DNA from: Eledone cirrhosa
Lineage: Eukaryota
Direction of reading: 5' to 3'
Length of the DNA stretch: 64,000 nt
Assembly: GCA_964016885.1 (NCBI GenBank)
Contig: OZ024741.1
Span: 111,662,001-111,726,000 of the forward strand
The notes under the pieces are model-generated. The model did not search any database, was not told the origin of the DNA, and was given only the letters and a program-made list of their open reading frames with translations. This document shows, piece by piece, positions 1 to 13,880 of the stretch. Both the position numbers and the translations under genes were made by a program. Positions within the stretch are counted from its first letter, which is position 1. Each line of letters opens with the position of its first letter.

Positions 1-174
1 CTTATGGTGTCCTTGGCCCCGGGACCACATCCATGCTCATTGTTATCGTAGAGAAGTTGGCTACCCGCAAGTGCGAGCCTCACGGTGTAGAGTGGATGTT
101 TCAGCGCGGCTCCCTCACCGACCCCCGGGGAAATTTCTTCTTCATCTAATCGGCCGGGACCACGCAACGGACTA

Positions 175-312
175 ATCCCGCCTAGGTTAACTTTGCCTTT
201 CATCCTTACGGGGTCGATAAAATAAAGTACCAGTCACGTACTGTGGTCGACTTAATCGACTTTCCCCTCCCCCAAAATTGCTGGCCTTGTGCCTATATAA
301 GAAACCATTATT
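175..312 (+). mobile_element. SINE family A, 5'-truncated copy
   Basis: Matches the recurring body aggttaactttgcctttcatccttacggggtcgataaaataaagtaccagt...ttgctggccttgtgcc and ends in an att tail. Confidence 0.8.
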
Positions 313-327
313 AGTTAGATCACTCAA

Positions 328-535
328 GGCAGCAGGTTGATAGAATCATTAGAGCGTCAGACAAAATGCTTTGCGGTATAGTTATAGCCTTTTACGTTAT
401 GAGTTCAAATCCTGCGGAAGTTAGCTTTGCCTCTCATTATTTCGGGGTCGATAACGTAAAGTATCAGTATTGCACTGGATTCGACTCTTCTTTCCCTCAA
501 CATTGTTGGCATTGTGTCTAAATCAGAAACTATTA
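328..535 (+). mobile_element. SINE family A, diverged copy
   Basis: B-box-like gagttcaaatcc followed by the family A body. Confidence 0.7.
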
Positions 536-591
536 GGTAACTAATCCAATCATCAGTTAGTTTAATGAGAGGATCATATAGTTTCATAATT

Positions 592-634
592 GTCAAAGCT
601 CTTTCGTCACACACTTTGTGACTTTTTCAATGAC
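592..634 (-). ncRNA. Hammerhead-like motif, U3:A8 variant
   Basis: Minus strand reads gtca-TTGAAAA-a-gtcac(aaagtgt)gtgac-GAAA-gagc-TT-tgac; a related copy lies at 39310-39352. Confidence 0.5.
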
Positions 635-789
635 TATACTTGCTTCTCTGTGTCTCCTCTTCGTTTATATGTTGTTTTATTTACTCCATCATGTCTTTCT
701 GTGATGTGTATCACGTAATTAAACATGATAATTAAATAACTACCCGATTACTTAACTAATCGAGTAATGCATTAGATACCTAACTAATA

Positions 790-1050
790 ATTGTTTCTAC
801 TTTTGGCACAAGGCCAGCAATTACCCAGTGCATTACTGGTACTTTATTTTATCGACCCAACAATTTTGGGAGAAGGGGAAAGTCGATTAAATCGACCCCA
901 CTGCATTACTGGTGTTTTATTTTATCGATCCCATAAGAATGAAAAGCAAAGCAACCAACCTCGGCGGGATCTGAACTCAGAACATAAAGGGCCGTAACTC
1001 TATGTCACAAAGCATGTTGTCCGACGTTCTACCCATACTGCCAAACCACC
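790..1050 (-). mobile_element. SINE family A with internal partial duplication
   Basis: Reverse complement of the family A consensus. Confidence 0.75.
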
Positions 1051-1789
1051 ACCCTAGGTTACCACCATCCAAGGTTACCTATCTAATAACAAAATCGAAG
1101 TGAAACACAAGATGTACATGTGTTTTTAGAAGGGTGCATGACCCCACCAAATTATAAAAATATCTCTTTCGACAAGAAACTTGCAAAAAACCCCCCCAAA
1201 ATAACAACATAAAAACCCAATCCAAAACGACTTACTTTAAGATATTTGTTCAGCAACAAGTTGCCAACAGACTTTTGTAAGTGTTGCTGGCAGAAATAGG
1301 ATGGAGCAAGACTTTGTCTATTGGAAACATGCATTCAGCGATGTTATTGTTTCTCAATTGCAACATTAAGTAAAGGAAAATAGTAAAAGGAGGTGGGTAG
1401 GACGATAATAGATATAGACAGCCATGTAATATGAAGACAGTCACTAAATTTATTTAATCAGTCCCATATGTCAACCACAAAGTTAATAAATTAATGGCAT
1501 ACCAATAATTAACATTCATATATCGATTATAGATTTTATACGGTATTCAAGTTTAAATATATCTAAGTGAATGTATGCTTTCATTAAAATATCTGTCTGA
1601 TGGAGATTCAGAACTAACGAACAATTATTTAATTTAGCATGCTGCACTGGATTTATGTGACAGACAGACAGATATATATAAGTTATTGATTGGAGGAGGA
1701 GAGTTTATTGCAGATATTATCAACTGCTGCTGATCTCTCCATATCATGACTGGTTGGATGATAAGCTTCATGTTTTGTCTGGCTAGAAT

Positions 1790-1944
1790 ATACACATACT
1801 ACAAAACAGAATAGTATTACATACAAACATGCACACGCACACATTACACACACACACATACACATACACACTTACAAACACACACATAGAAACACACAGA
1901 AGCACAGACAAGACAGACAGTTACATATGTAATTATGTATGAAC

Positions 1945-2009
<65 letters not shown>

Positions 2010-2064
2010 TATGTGTGTATATATATATGTATATACATACACATATATATATATATGTATGTAT

Positions 2065-2115
<51 letters not shown>

Positions 2116-2155
2116 CAATTGTATGTATATACATACATTCATACACATAGATACA
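1790..2155. repeat. Compound (CA)n/(CT)n/(TA)n microsatellite
   Basis: Directly visible. Confidence 0.95.
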
Positions 2156-2379
2156 TAGCGTGTGGGTAGTAGGTCGATGTAGTTGCGTGTGATTTACCGC
2201 CAAGTGACAAAATTACACAATATCAAGCTAATAAAATATATAGATATCGATGGAAACATGGTTGCTGGTTTAAGTTGTAATACTTAACCGATATTTGCCA
2301 ACGCTTTACATTCTCACACACACATATACAGACACACATAAACACACACACTTACATATGTACGTGGGTATACACACAC

Positions 2380-2415
<36 letters not shown>

Positions 2416-2494
2416 ACACACACACACAAATATATATATATATATATATATATCGAAAGTCGATCGAGAAGATCCCAGACAGAAGGAACAACGT

Positions 2495-2594
2495 AAAATA
2501 AAGTGTCTTTCTCAAGGATATAACGCATCGCCCTGTCCGGGAATCGAAATCACAACCCCAGGGTTGCGAATCAAATTCGCTAACCACTGAGCCA
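2495..2594 (-). mobile_element. tRNA-headed SINE (second family), 5' part
   Basis: Minus strand has A box tggctcagtgg and B-box-like tttcgattcc, then ccttgagaaagacac; a similar copy lies at 47605-47705. Confidence 0.6.
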
Positions 2595-2605
2595 AGTGCC
2601 TTCTA

Positions 2606-2689
<84 letters not shown>

Positions 2690-2690
<1 letters not shown>

Positions 2691-4410
2691 GAAATGCAGT
2701 TTGGGTTTGTGTCAGGTAAAAGTACCACAGACGCTCTTTTCCTTGTACGGCAACTACAAGAGAAGTACCTAGATAAAAGTAAACCCCTCTACTTAGCTTT
2801 TGTAGATCTGGAGAAAGATTTTGACAGAGTCCCCCGCTCCATTATCTGATGGGCTCTTAGAAAACTAGGTGTAGATGAATGGCGTGTGAGAGCTATAAAA
2901 GCTATGTATAATGAAACAGTCAGTAAGGTTAGAATTAACAATGAATATTGTGAAGAATTTAGTGTAAAAGTTGGCGTTCATCAAGCCCCCTCCTATTTAT
3001 TATTGCCCTTCAGGCTATAACAGAGGAGTTCAAGACCGGCTGCCCATGGGAACTCCTATACGCAGATGATATAACGCTCATAGCTGAATCAATGGCTGAA
3101 CTAAAGAAGAAATTCCAAACATGGAAGCATGGCCTAGAATCAAAAGGCCCTAAAGTTAACTTGTCTAAGGCTAAAGTTCTAGTTTGTAGAAAGGAAACTA
3201 GGGCACAGATGCCCTCTGGGAAATGGCCATGCTCAGTGTGTAGGAAAGGAGTAGGCAGAAATTCTATTTTATGTCCCAATAAAAGATGTAGTGGGATCAC
3301 AGGTAAACTATCTAAGAACGTAGACTTTATATGTGGCCGATGCTCAGGTGCAATAAGTAGCAAGTGCCCACAGGATACTAGCTCCTTCTATTGCCCAGAT
3401 GGTTCTATAGAAATAGTGGACACCTTCCGTTACCTGGGTGATGAAATCAGCAGTGGTGGAGGGTGTGCTGAAAGTACAGTAGCCAGATTCAGAACGGGAT
3501 GGAAAAAGTTCAGAGAGCTTATACCGCTGTTGGCCACAAAAGGTTTCTCTCTAAAAATGAAAGCAGATTGTATGATGCCTGTATACGAACAGTAATCCTA
3601 CATGGCAGTGAGACATGGGCATTGCGTGCAGAGGACCTGTGCAGACTGGAAAGGAACGAAGCATGCATGCTCCGTTGGATGTGTAATAGTAATATACGTG
3701 AACGGCAAAGCATAAATGAACTAAGTGAGAAATTAGGAATAAGAGGGATCAGATGCTGTTTACTTGAGAGAAGACTACGTTGGTATGGTCACGTAATGCG
3801 CATGAAAGACGACAGCTGCATAAAAAAGTGCAGGGCGATCAAAATTGATGGCAGTTACGGAGTAGGTAAACCCAGAAAAACCTGGGACGATCTGATAAAT
3901 TCCGACCTTACACGCTTGCACCTCTCTAAGACAATGTCACTGGAACGAGATCTTTGGCGCTACGCAGTAATACAGAAGACCCGTCTTGCCTATGTACAAA
4001 GCGAAACCTACAGTCAGTAGGCACCTCTTAATCAAATATACACCCCAATCCACTACCCCTACCCTATCCTCCCACTCCCACCAACACCATCGTCTCTCTG
4101 TAAAGTTGGTACCACAACATCCAGTCCAAATGAATGAGATAATGAGATCGAGATCGGGTAGGTGTCACGACAAAAAAACACACAGTCCACGCTGGTAGGT
4201 AACACGGTAAAAAGTTCCCAGTTCGACACTGTAAATGTGGTTGGTGTTAGGAAGGGCATCCAGCCGTAGAAAAGCTGCTAGATAGTCTTATATGAGCGAG
4301 ACACGGTCACACGACCAACCTTGCCTCAAGTGGGACAACTCCTGTCTAACTCATGCTAGCGTGGAAGAAGGACGCTAAACGATGATGATGACGATGATGA
4401 TGATGATGAT
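2690..4410 (+). mobile_element. RTE-clade LINE, 5'-truncated, with (GAT)n tail
   Basis: RT motifs QFGF..GKSTTDA, FVDLEKDFDRV, LYADD, FRYLG, LHGSETW, RLRWYGHV; frameshifts and stops; ends ggacgctaaac(gat)n. Confidence 0.9.
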
Positions 4411-4418
4411 ATATATAT

Positions 4419-4705
4419 ATAATAACAGAATATAAAAGAAAAACGAACACAGATATATACATATATGTATTCAAATCGTAAGGGACCAGATTCGCTAAGG
4501 TCAAAAGAATACTAACTATAGACAATTGGGTTTGCTTGTCTCAATTTAAGAAAACATTTATTTTCTTGATTTTTTCTTAAATTGAGACAAGCAAACCCAA
4601 TTGTCTATAGTTAGTATTCTTTTCACCTTAGCGAATCAGGTCCCTTACGATTTGAACACATATATGTATATATCTGTGTTCGTTTTTCTTTTATATTCTG
4701 TTATA
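4419..4705. repeat. Fold-back inverted repeat (~140-bp arms); same family as 58775-59030
   Basis: 4419-4556 is the reverse complement of 4571-4705; abuts (TA)n. Confidence 0.85.
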
Positions 4706-4799
4706 ATATACGGCTCGGAAATATCTCTTTCTTAGAGCTATTTTGTTGTAAGAGACTATTTTGAGTTCCTAACTCAATATATACCTTTGATATATATAT

Positions 4800-7072
4800 A
4801 TATAACGAAGGAAATGTGGTAAGGAACCAGATGGACCATAACGCACCAAAGTACTCAATATTTAGGGTAGTAGAGTGGGTAATAGGAACGAGTATGACCC
4901 CGACGGCTGAGCTCAAGCCGTTTCGACGGCTAATTCTGGACTAAATGAAAATTTTTATCCTGGTACATGAATAGTCGAGTTTCTCAGGGGATAATTCCAT
5001 ATATGGTAAAAGTGATTGTCACAAGGATTGGTCAAAAGTCTGTTGTTGAGACACATAATTCTATCATGGCATTTTGTGGAAGGAAGGGGTTGTTGAACTT
5101 TCCAGTAGAAGAAAGAGGGAGAGGGAGTGGAGGAAACCCAGTCGTGCGTTGATAATGCCAACTACAGCAGAATCCTAAGGATAAGAGGTCAAGAGAAGTA
5201 TATTAGGGAGGGGGAGGGGGAAGAAGTCGAAAAAATAAGTAAATCAATATGGAGTAAATATATAGAAGAATAATAAAAATGTTAAAAATATAAAAAAAAA
5301 TTTCTGGTTACTATTCCCTTACCACCATCATCAAGTCTCTCACTGGTACTGCTAAACTATAGAAAAATTTAATAGGTGGGACGGAATACTAAATACGAGA
5401 TTGTAGTGAAAGAATTTTATGAGTTAGTAGTAATCGTCCAAATCTATCTTAAAGTGACAGGTCAAGAAGTAGGGGGCCAAAATACTAAAGAAACTACTAC
5501 GAAATAATAATTCAGAGTCCCGAAACTAATACGAAATAATAATTCAGAATCCCGAAAATGAATACTAATACGATATATAAGAGTACCGCTACGATACATA
5601 AATTCTAATACAAACTACATAAATGCTCGTACGATATATATGAAAAATTTAATACGAAAAGTTAATCCAGAATTCCCCCCCCCCCCCCAAATAAAAAATA
5701 AATAAATACTGATATACGAGAAACTAAAGCAGAGATACCACTAAGAAATCTAGAAAACACGGAAATGGGGCAGCAATCGGATAAGAAAGCAAGTATCTGG
5801 GGTCTATCACATCTGCTGTAAAAAGCGGAGTCGGCCAATTCTATCATAGAATAGGGGATGGGGGTCGGGTACTGAGGCTACAAAGGACCGAAGGGCTGCC
5901 TCGGGGTGGGCGAGAAAGTGAAAAGGACGATGACAAAGAATGAGAACTGGGGTGGAAGGACTAGGAAGGGATGGGGGAAGAAGGAAATATAGAGGAAACG
6001 ATAAAAAATATATAAGAAAATCTTACGTCTACCTTTGCAAGCAGGGGTTACCCATTACAAAGTCGGCAAGTGGGGTGTTACAGCCCTTGTCTACCACCCC
6101 TCGGGTCATTATGGGGTTTGAGGGAGAGGTAAGTCCTACGCAATCTGTGTTTGCATGCAGTTACCAGTTCGTCTTTCTTGTTTAGGAGTTGGTCCGTCGA
6201 AAACAGCATTTGTAATGTTTCCTCCGAGGACGGACACTTCCAACAAAGCTTAATTTATGCTCGGAGGAAACATTACAATTTGGGGAATTCTGAATTAATT
6301 TTTCGTATTAAATTTTTCATATATATCGTACGAGCATTTATGTAGTTTGTATTAGAATTTATGTATCGTAGCGGTACTCTTATATATCGTATTAGTATTC
6401 ATTTTCGGGATTCTGAATTATTATTTCGTATTAGTTTCGGGACTCTGAATTATTATTTCGTAGTAGTTTCTTTAGTATTTTGGCCCCCTACTTCTTGACC
6501 TGTCACTGTAAGATAGATTTGGACGATTACTACTAACTCATAAAATTCTTTCACTACAATCTCGTATTTAGTATTCCGTCCCACCTATTAAATTTTTCTA
6601 TAGTTTAGCAGTACCAGTGAGAGACTTGATGATTGTGGTAGGGGAATAGTAACCAGAAATTGTTTTTTAAAAATATTTTTAACATTCTTATTATTCTTCT
6701 ATATATTTACTCCATATTGATTTACTTATTTTTTCGACTTCCTCCCCCTCCCCCTCCCTAGTATACTTCTCTTGACCTCTTATCCTTAGGATTCTGCTGT
6801 AGTTGGCACTATCAACGCACGACTGGGTTTCCTCCACTCCCTCTCCCTCTTTCTTCTACTGGCAAGTTCAGCTACCCCTTCCACAAAATGCCATGATAGA
6901 ATTATGTGTCTCAACAACAAACTTTTGACCAATCCTTGTGACAATCACTTTTACCATATATGGAATTACCCCCTGAGAAGCTCGGCTATTCATGTACCAG
7001 GATAAAAATTTCATTTAATCCAGAATTAGCCGTCGAAACGGCTTGAGCTCAGCCGTCGGGGTCCTACTCGTT

Positions 7073-7075
<3 letters not shown>
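4800..7075 (-). mobile_element. Penelope-like remnant: GIY-YIG C-terminus plus 3' region (-) with inverted copy (+)
   Basis: 4885-5680 is inverted to 6282-7075; 6140-6235 (-) is similar to the EETL.MLF..D.LLNK..E....CKH tail of Penelope-like endonucleases; (TA)n flanks. Confidence 0.75.
6968..7062 (+). ncRNA. Hammerhead-like motif with non-canonical CUGAGAA core (inverted copy at ~4896-4992)
   Basis: acccc-CTGAGAA-..cggcta...tagccg..-GAAA-cggc(ttgagctca)gccg-TC-ggggt. Confidence 0.5.
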
Positions 7076-7142
<67 letters not shown>

Positions 7143-7146
<4 letters not shown>

Positions 7147-7585
7147 CTGACTTTTTCGAATATTAATAATAACATTCGATTCGTTTGCAATTATGGAAAC
7201 AAGCCTCAATTTTATAGCCATGTCAGTAGAATGAACACTTCATTCTTGCTCTTATGTTAGCATGCGAACAGAACTGCTGACACTAATGTTTCTGGGTATC
7301 ACCCTTCATCGGTACAGCTCACTGTTCACCTGCCAAACTGCCAGAGCTAGTGAAAATATAAGCTATTTTCAAAAATACACAGTGTCTGATCTACCTGATT
7401 TGCATATTAGTAGACTGGTTGATCAGTCAGATCTACATATAAGCAGATCCACTGATCAGCCAGATTTGCATATCAGCAGACTGTTCGCATGCCAACATTC
7501 TACTGACATGGCTATAAAATTGAGGCCTGTTTGCAAATTGCAAACGAATCGAATGTTATTATTAATATTCGAAAAACTCAGATTA
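7143..7585. repeat. Fold-back (~90-bp arms) enclosing a degenerate hammerhead (7266-7327, -) and three ~33-bp tandem repeats
   Basis: 7143-7232 is inverted to 7495-7585; tandem units at 7385-7485. Confidence 0.7.
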
Positions 7586-7764
7586 CATTTATTGTATTCA
7601 GCCATGTAGAACGAAATTTTTTTTTTATTTGAATTTGACAAAGCCGGCCATTTATCGCTCGTATACAGGAAACTTACTGGCCATAAAAAATCTTTAGAGT
7701 CTAAAGCAGTTGCTATATTTTTAGCTGGTTTTGCGTTTTCGGCCAATGCTATATATAATTTACT

Positions 7765-8330
7765 GGGGTGGGGGTACTGAGGCTGCAAAGGCCCGATGTG
7801 TTGCCTTGGCGTAGGCGAAAGAGGAAAAAGGAAAAGGAAGATCAGAGGGAATGGAAGGAAGTGATAAGAAGAGATAAAGTGAAGAAGAAAAGAAAAAGAA
7901 AAGGAAAGAAGTACATCTACCTATGTATGCTGGGGTTTCCCCTATCTTGTTCGGCAAATGGGGAAAAGAAGGATGTTGCAGCCATTGTCTACCCACCCGG
8001 GTCATGAGAGGGTTTGAGGGGGAGGTAAGTCCTACGCAATCGGTGTTTACATGCATTTACAATTTCGTCTTTTTTGTTTAGGAGTTCGTCCTTCGTAAAC
8101 AGCATTTATAATGTTTCCTCCGAGCATAACTTACACGGACGGCGTCCTCCCGTGTAGGAGTTAGCCCTGGAAAGTAAGCTCCAAGTAGGTGGTATGTTAG
8201 GTTGTTATTTTGGAGGTCCCAGATGCATGTCGCCGGGCCGGGTTTCGGAACGTATGTCGGTGTTGGTAAGCCGGGTCTTGCAGTCACAAGCGGTTAATCC
8301 TATATAGATTTGTTGGAGGGGTTGGAGGTT
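7765..8330 (-). pseudogene. Penelope-like GIY-YIG endonuclease C-terminal fragment plus 3' UTR
   Basis: Minus strand encodes ..CIWDLQNNNLTY.. and CKLCSEETL*MLFTKDELLNKKDEIVNACKHR; diverged paralogue of 5860-6235. Confidence 0.7.
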
Positions 8331-8359
8331 TGAGCTCTGTCGTCGAGGTTAAACTTTTT

Positions 8360-8430
<71 letters not shown>

Positions 8431-9209
8431 CCGTGGAAAACGTAAAGGAAAGAAGAGTGCTCTATTGTATAGTACAGAGCTATTTAGTTATGTAATAAAC
8501 AACACATATAATTATTCCATTACCCAAGTTTTCACGAAATCAGGCGACCCCCAACAGAGGCGTCCGAAGAAGGGGTCGCGAAACCTCGGGTAATGGAATA
8601 ATTATATTGTGCTGTTTATTACATAAATATATATATTTATATATCTGGTTGATTTCTACGGACTAAGAAGAAAAAAATGGATACATTTTGTCTGACTATT
8701 CTGTAAACTTATAATTTTATATAGCTCTGATTGATAATTATTTACTTAATTCATTCACTTATCGAGACACACCGTTGAAGGTAGACAACACTCATATATG
8801 TATCTGTGACGATGTTTAAATATATATATATGTCCTTATGACTTTATTCTATACTCCCTTACGTTTGAGTAAACCTTAGGCGGTAACAAACTGCTTCTTC
8901 TAGCAATGAACTTACTTGCCACCGGCCTACTCTTCACAACACTTCTATCTTGACTGCTAGCCACATGATGTTTTTCACCCCTTTTGAATTCGTTACTAAC
9001 GGCGATCAACTTAGAAATTTCGGTCCTAACTGAGGGAGTCTCTTGAAAAGCTTGGAGCCTCATAGAGGAATATCGATAACATTTATCTGTTATTTCTTCA
9101 AAGTTACATTTTAAACTTAGCTTCATTTAAATGATTATTTATCTGGTTCATTTCTACGGACTAAGAAGAAAAAATTAGATAAATTTTGTCTGACTATTCT
9201 TCAAACTTA

Positions 9210-9294
<85 letters not shown>

Positions 9295-9296
9295 TA

Positions 9297-9916
9297 CAGT
9301 GGCAGACTGGGTCTAAAAATATTGTTTGCCAGGAGACAAAGGAGGCACACACATATATAGAATACTATCGTTTAATTTTTATAATAAATAATTTACAATT
9401 TCAAAAATTGCATGTGAAAACAAAACAGTGCAATCAAATTTTTGCGGAAAAAATGTGTATTTCTTTTACTAATTATAGTGTATATATACTGTACATATTA
9501 CTGGCAGTATACAGTAATACTGAATATTAATACAGAATGTTATAATTGAATTTTTAAATAATTGTGAATGTATAGTATACTGTCTTACCTTCTCCAATAT
9601 AAAGTACCTTGCGAAATATACACACCTAGAGACTTTCACTAATGATCTTTGGTCTTTCACACTCACAGAATATATATATTTGGGAGTGTGTGTACATGTA
9701 CCTGTGTATATATAGATTTATATATATGTATAGATTCATGTTTTAACTTGTACAAACATTATTTGACTCATTCTCCCTAGAGACTTTAGCCTGAATAACT
9801 GACCACTAATTGATTTTAAATATATCTTTAACCCATTGATCTCAAAAGTTATTTGGCCAGCAGCTCATGGCAGCTCGTGTGTATGTGTAAGTATATATAT
9901 GGCCAATCCGCCACTA
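9297..9916. mobile_element. Possible non-autonomous DNA transposon (MITE)
   Basis: Imperfect terminal inverted repeats cagtggcagactgg / ccaatccgccacta; no clear target-site duplication (TSD). Confidence 0.35.
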
Positions 9917-9934
9917 TATATATATATATATATA

Positions 9935-10493
9935 TAAAATATTAAAAAAATAATGAATAAAACAATGAAACAGTTCCTTATATTAAACAAAAAAAGTTCA
10001 TTATTTAACGATCGTTTCTAGGATATATATGTGTTAGAATTGGCATGCATATTCAACAGATCTATGTACAAAATTATACAAAATTATACAAACTATCAAA
10101 ATTAAATATACATACCAACACATATATATGCCGTCTTCAGAAATAATCATTATTTCTGAAGACGGCATATATATGTGTTGGTATGTATATTTAATTTTGA
10201 TAGTTTGTATAATTTTGTATAATTTTGTACATAGATCTGTTGAATATGCATGCCAATTCTAACACATATATATCCTAGAAACGATCGTTAAATAATGAAC
10301 TTTTTTTGTTTAATATAAGGAACTGTTTCATTGTTTTATTCATTATTTTTTTAATATTTTATCTTGACTCTGTATTCCGTTTATCTTTCACCGAAAGTGA
10401 TATTTCATTGCATCTCTTCTTTCCATGATATCCGGAATACATTGAGTTCTTCATACGGATTGGACACTACCGTAAACTCTTGGTAGATTTATC

Positions 10494-10497
<4 letters not shown>
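9935..10497. mobile_element. Palindromic Penelope-like pLTR remnant; same family as 51160-54680
   Basis: 9935-10147 and 10149-10361 appear to be exact reverse complements; (TA)n on both sides. Confidence 0.85.
10147..10298 (+). ncRNA. Type I hammerhead with greatly expanded helix II and palindromic helix III
   Basis: tcattattt-CTGAAGA-~115 nt with atatatatgtgtt/aacacatatatat stem-GAAA-cgatcg-TT-aaataatga. Confidence 0.65.
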
Positions 10498-10544
<47 letters not shown>

Positions 10545-10595
10545 AGAAATAGCCGTCGAAACGGCTTGCGCTCTGCCGTCGGAGTTAAACTTTTT

Positions 10596-10650
<55 letters not shown>

Positions 10651-10694
10651 AAGTTTAACCCCGACGGCAGAGCTCAAGTCGTTTCGACAGCTAT

Positions 10695-10740
<46 letters not shown>

Positions 10741-10746
<6 letters not shown>

Positions 10747-11384
10747 TATGAAGAGAGAAGAAGCATTTAGATATAATTAGTAATAAAATGTATCATACCT
10801 AAACTGCTCCTAGATTCCTCGACTACGTAGTTTCGTGGCATAAACAAAAACAATACATCATAAAGAGTCCTTGCGAGGTCTGCCGACTTATCAAGAGGAT
10901 ACCTCATTTTACTAGCCTCAAGAACGCGTCTACACGACGTGAGAAAGAATCCCAAAAGACGGAGGGGGAGATAGTCACGCGATATAACGGTCGAGAAACA
11001 GAGCTAAGCCTCTTATAACCCCGAAGAAAATACCACGGAGGCGGAGGGGGTATTTATATCGAAGCCGTAGAAGAGGTGGTGAAGGAGGCGAGAAGTATGA
11101 GTAATGGCAGCTTTCCAGCAGTCACCACACTTCAAAGATTACTCGACCAGAGGGAGTTATTAACAATATATTTAGAAACACACAGATACATGCGGACACA
11201 CACATATACATGAATGCATCCACACCCAACCGTGAGTTAAGGGTGCCAACCTCACCGATGTTGCTCAATGAATGACTGGGACAGACCAATCCGGTTGAAC
11301 TAGACTGAACCAGTATCAGAGTTAAAAATACATTATGAAGAGAGAAGAAACATTTAGATATAATTAGTAATAAAATGTATCATA
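10741..11384 (-). mobile_element. pLTR-like unit with 57-bp direct terminal repeats and a degenerate hammerhead 3' half
   Basis: 10741-10797 matches 11328-11384; minus strand reads GAAA-ctacgtag-TC-gagg at 10817-10834. Confidence 0.5.
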
Positions 11385-11429
11385 TATATATTAATGAAAA
11401 ATGGCGAGCTGTGTTGTTGCATATAGGAT

Positions 11430-12958
<1,529 letters not shown>

Positions 12959-13052
12959 TATAATTACCTTATATATATTTATAATTAGAACTACACTAAC
13001 ATAGCAGGATTCATTATAGGGGCACATATGGAAGCATATATGATATGATTTG

Positions 13053-13231
13053 AATTGGCAGTATCAGTAGAGGGTCGGACGCCATGCTTTCCAGCATAGT
13101 TACGTCCCTTTACGATCTGAGTTCAAATCCCGCCGAGGTTGACTATGCCTTTCATCCTTACGGGGTCGATAAAATAAAGTACCAGTAATGCACTGGGTAA
13201 TTGCTGGCCTTGTGCCTAAAGTAGAAACAAT
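13053..13231 (+). mobile_element. SINE family A
   Basis: Near-identical to the copies at 30368, 45174 and 50482. Confidence 0.9.
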
Positions 13232-13479
13232 CATGTATAATAAGTATACGAGAGTCTCGCTATCATTTCTTTTAAAAGCTGTGATCATATTACAGTTATC
13301 TCTGTAGCGGTGAGAATGCCAGACAGGTATTTTTGGATTTTTCTCTCCGTCATCAGTGACATTTACTCTTATGCTATCGAGACAAAATAGGCTAAAACCT
13401 ACATGGTTTTTGCGTATGAAACATTGCCTAGAGATGCTCACTTTCATTTAATGTGAACTTGAATGGTGAAAGGGAGTTA

Positions 13480-13880
13480 ATTAGAAGTGCACTAACATAG
13501 CGTGCTTCATCATCGGGGGTGTAGTCCTATCGAATATTTACCAATTGGATGATATATAGAAAACCATCATTCTAATGCCCGCTACTAGGTTCCTTACTAG
13601 AACTGTAAATATATACAGTTTTCACGTTTGTGTTTAACTGTCCTAGATTCTAGTGTAATGATTAAGAAATTAGTTTTCGTTAGATTGGTAGAGAAAGTTA
13701 TATTTAAGCCAAACTCTTTAAATACGTTTATCATATCTTTACTAAATGTATCCATCGTATTGCCATTCACGATGCACGAGACTGATTCTGTACAAACCTG
13801 AATTGTTGTTTGTAGGTTTGTTTTTTTTAAAATTAATGCCGCCAATGAAAATTATCATAACCGGGAGTTAAAATGAAGAA
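13480..13880 (-). pseudogene. Degenerate Penelope-like RT fragment
   Basis: DMINVFKEFGLNITFSTNLTKTNFL resembles the post-YRDD region (..FFKMYDLKLEV....VNFLDVT) of the RT at 34641. Confidence 0.45.

Noticed and set aside
8836-9126. 96-aa ORF between ~75-bp direct repeats (8642-8716 and 9139-9213)
   Set aside because: No recognisable motif; probably another repeat remnant but cannot be assigned
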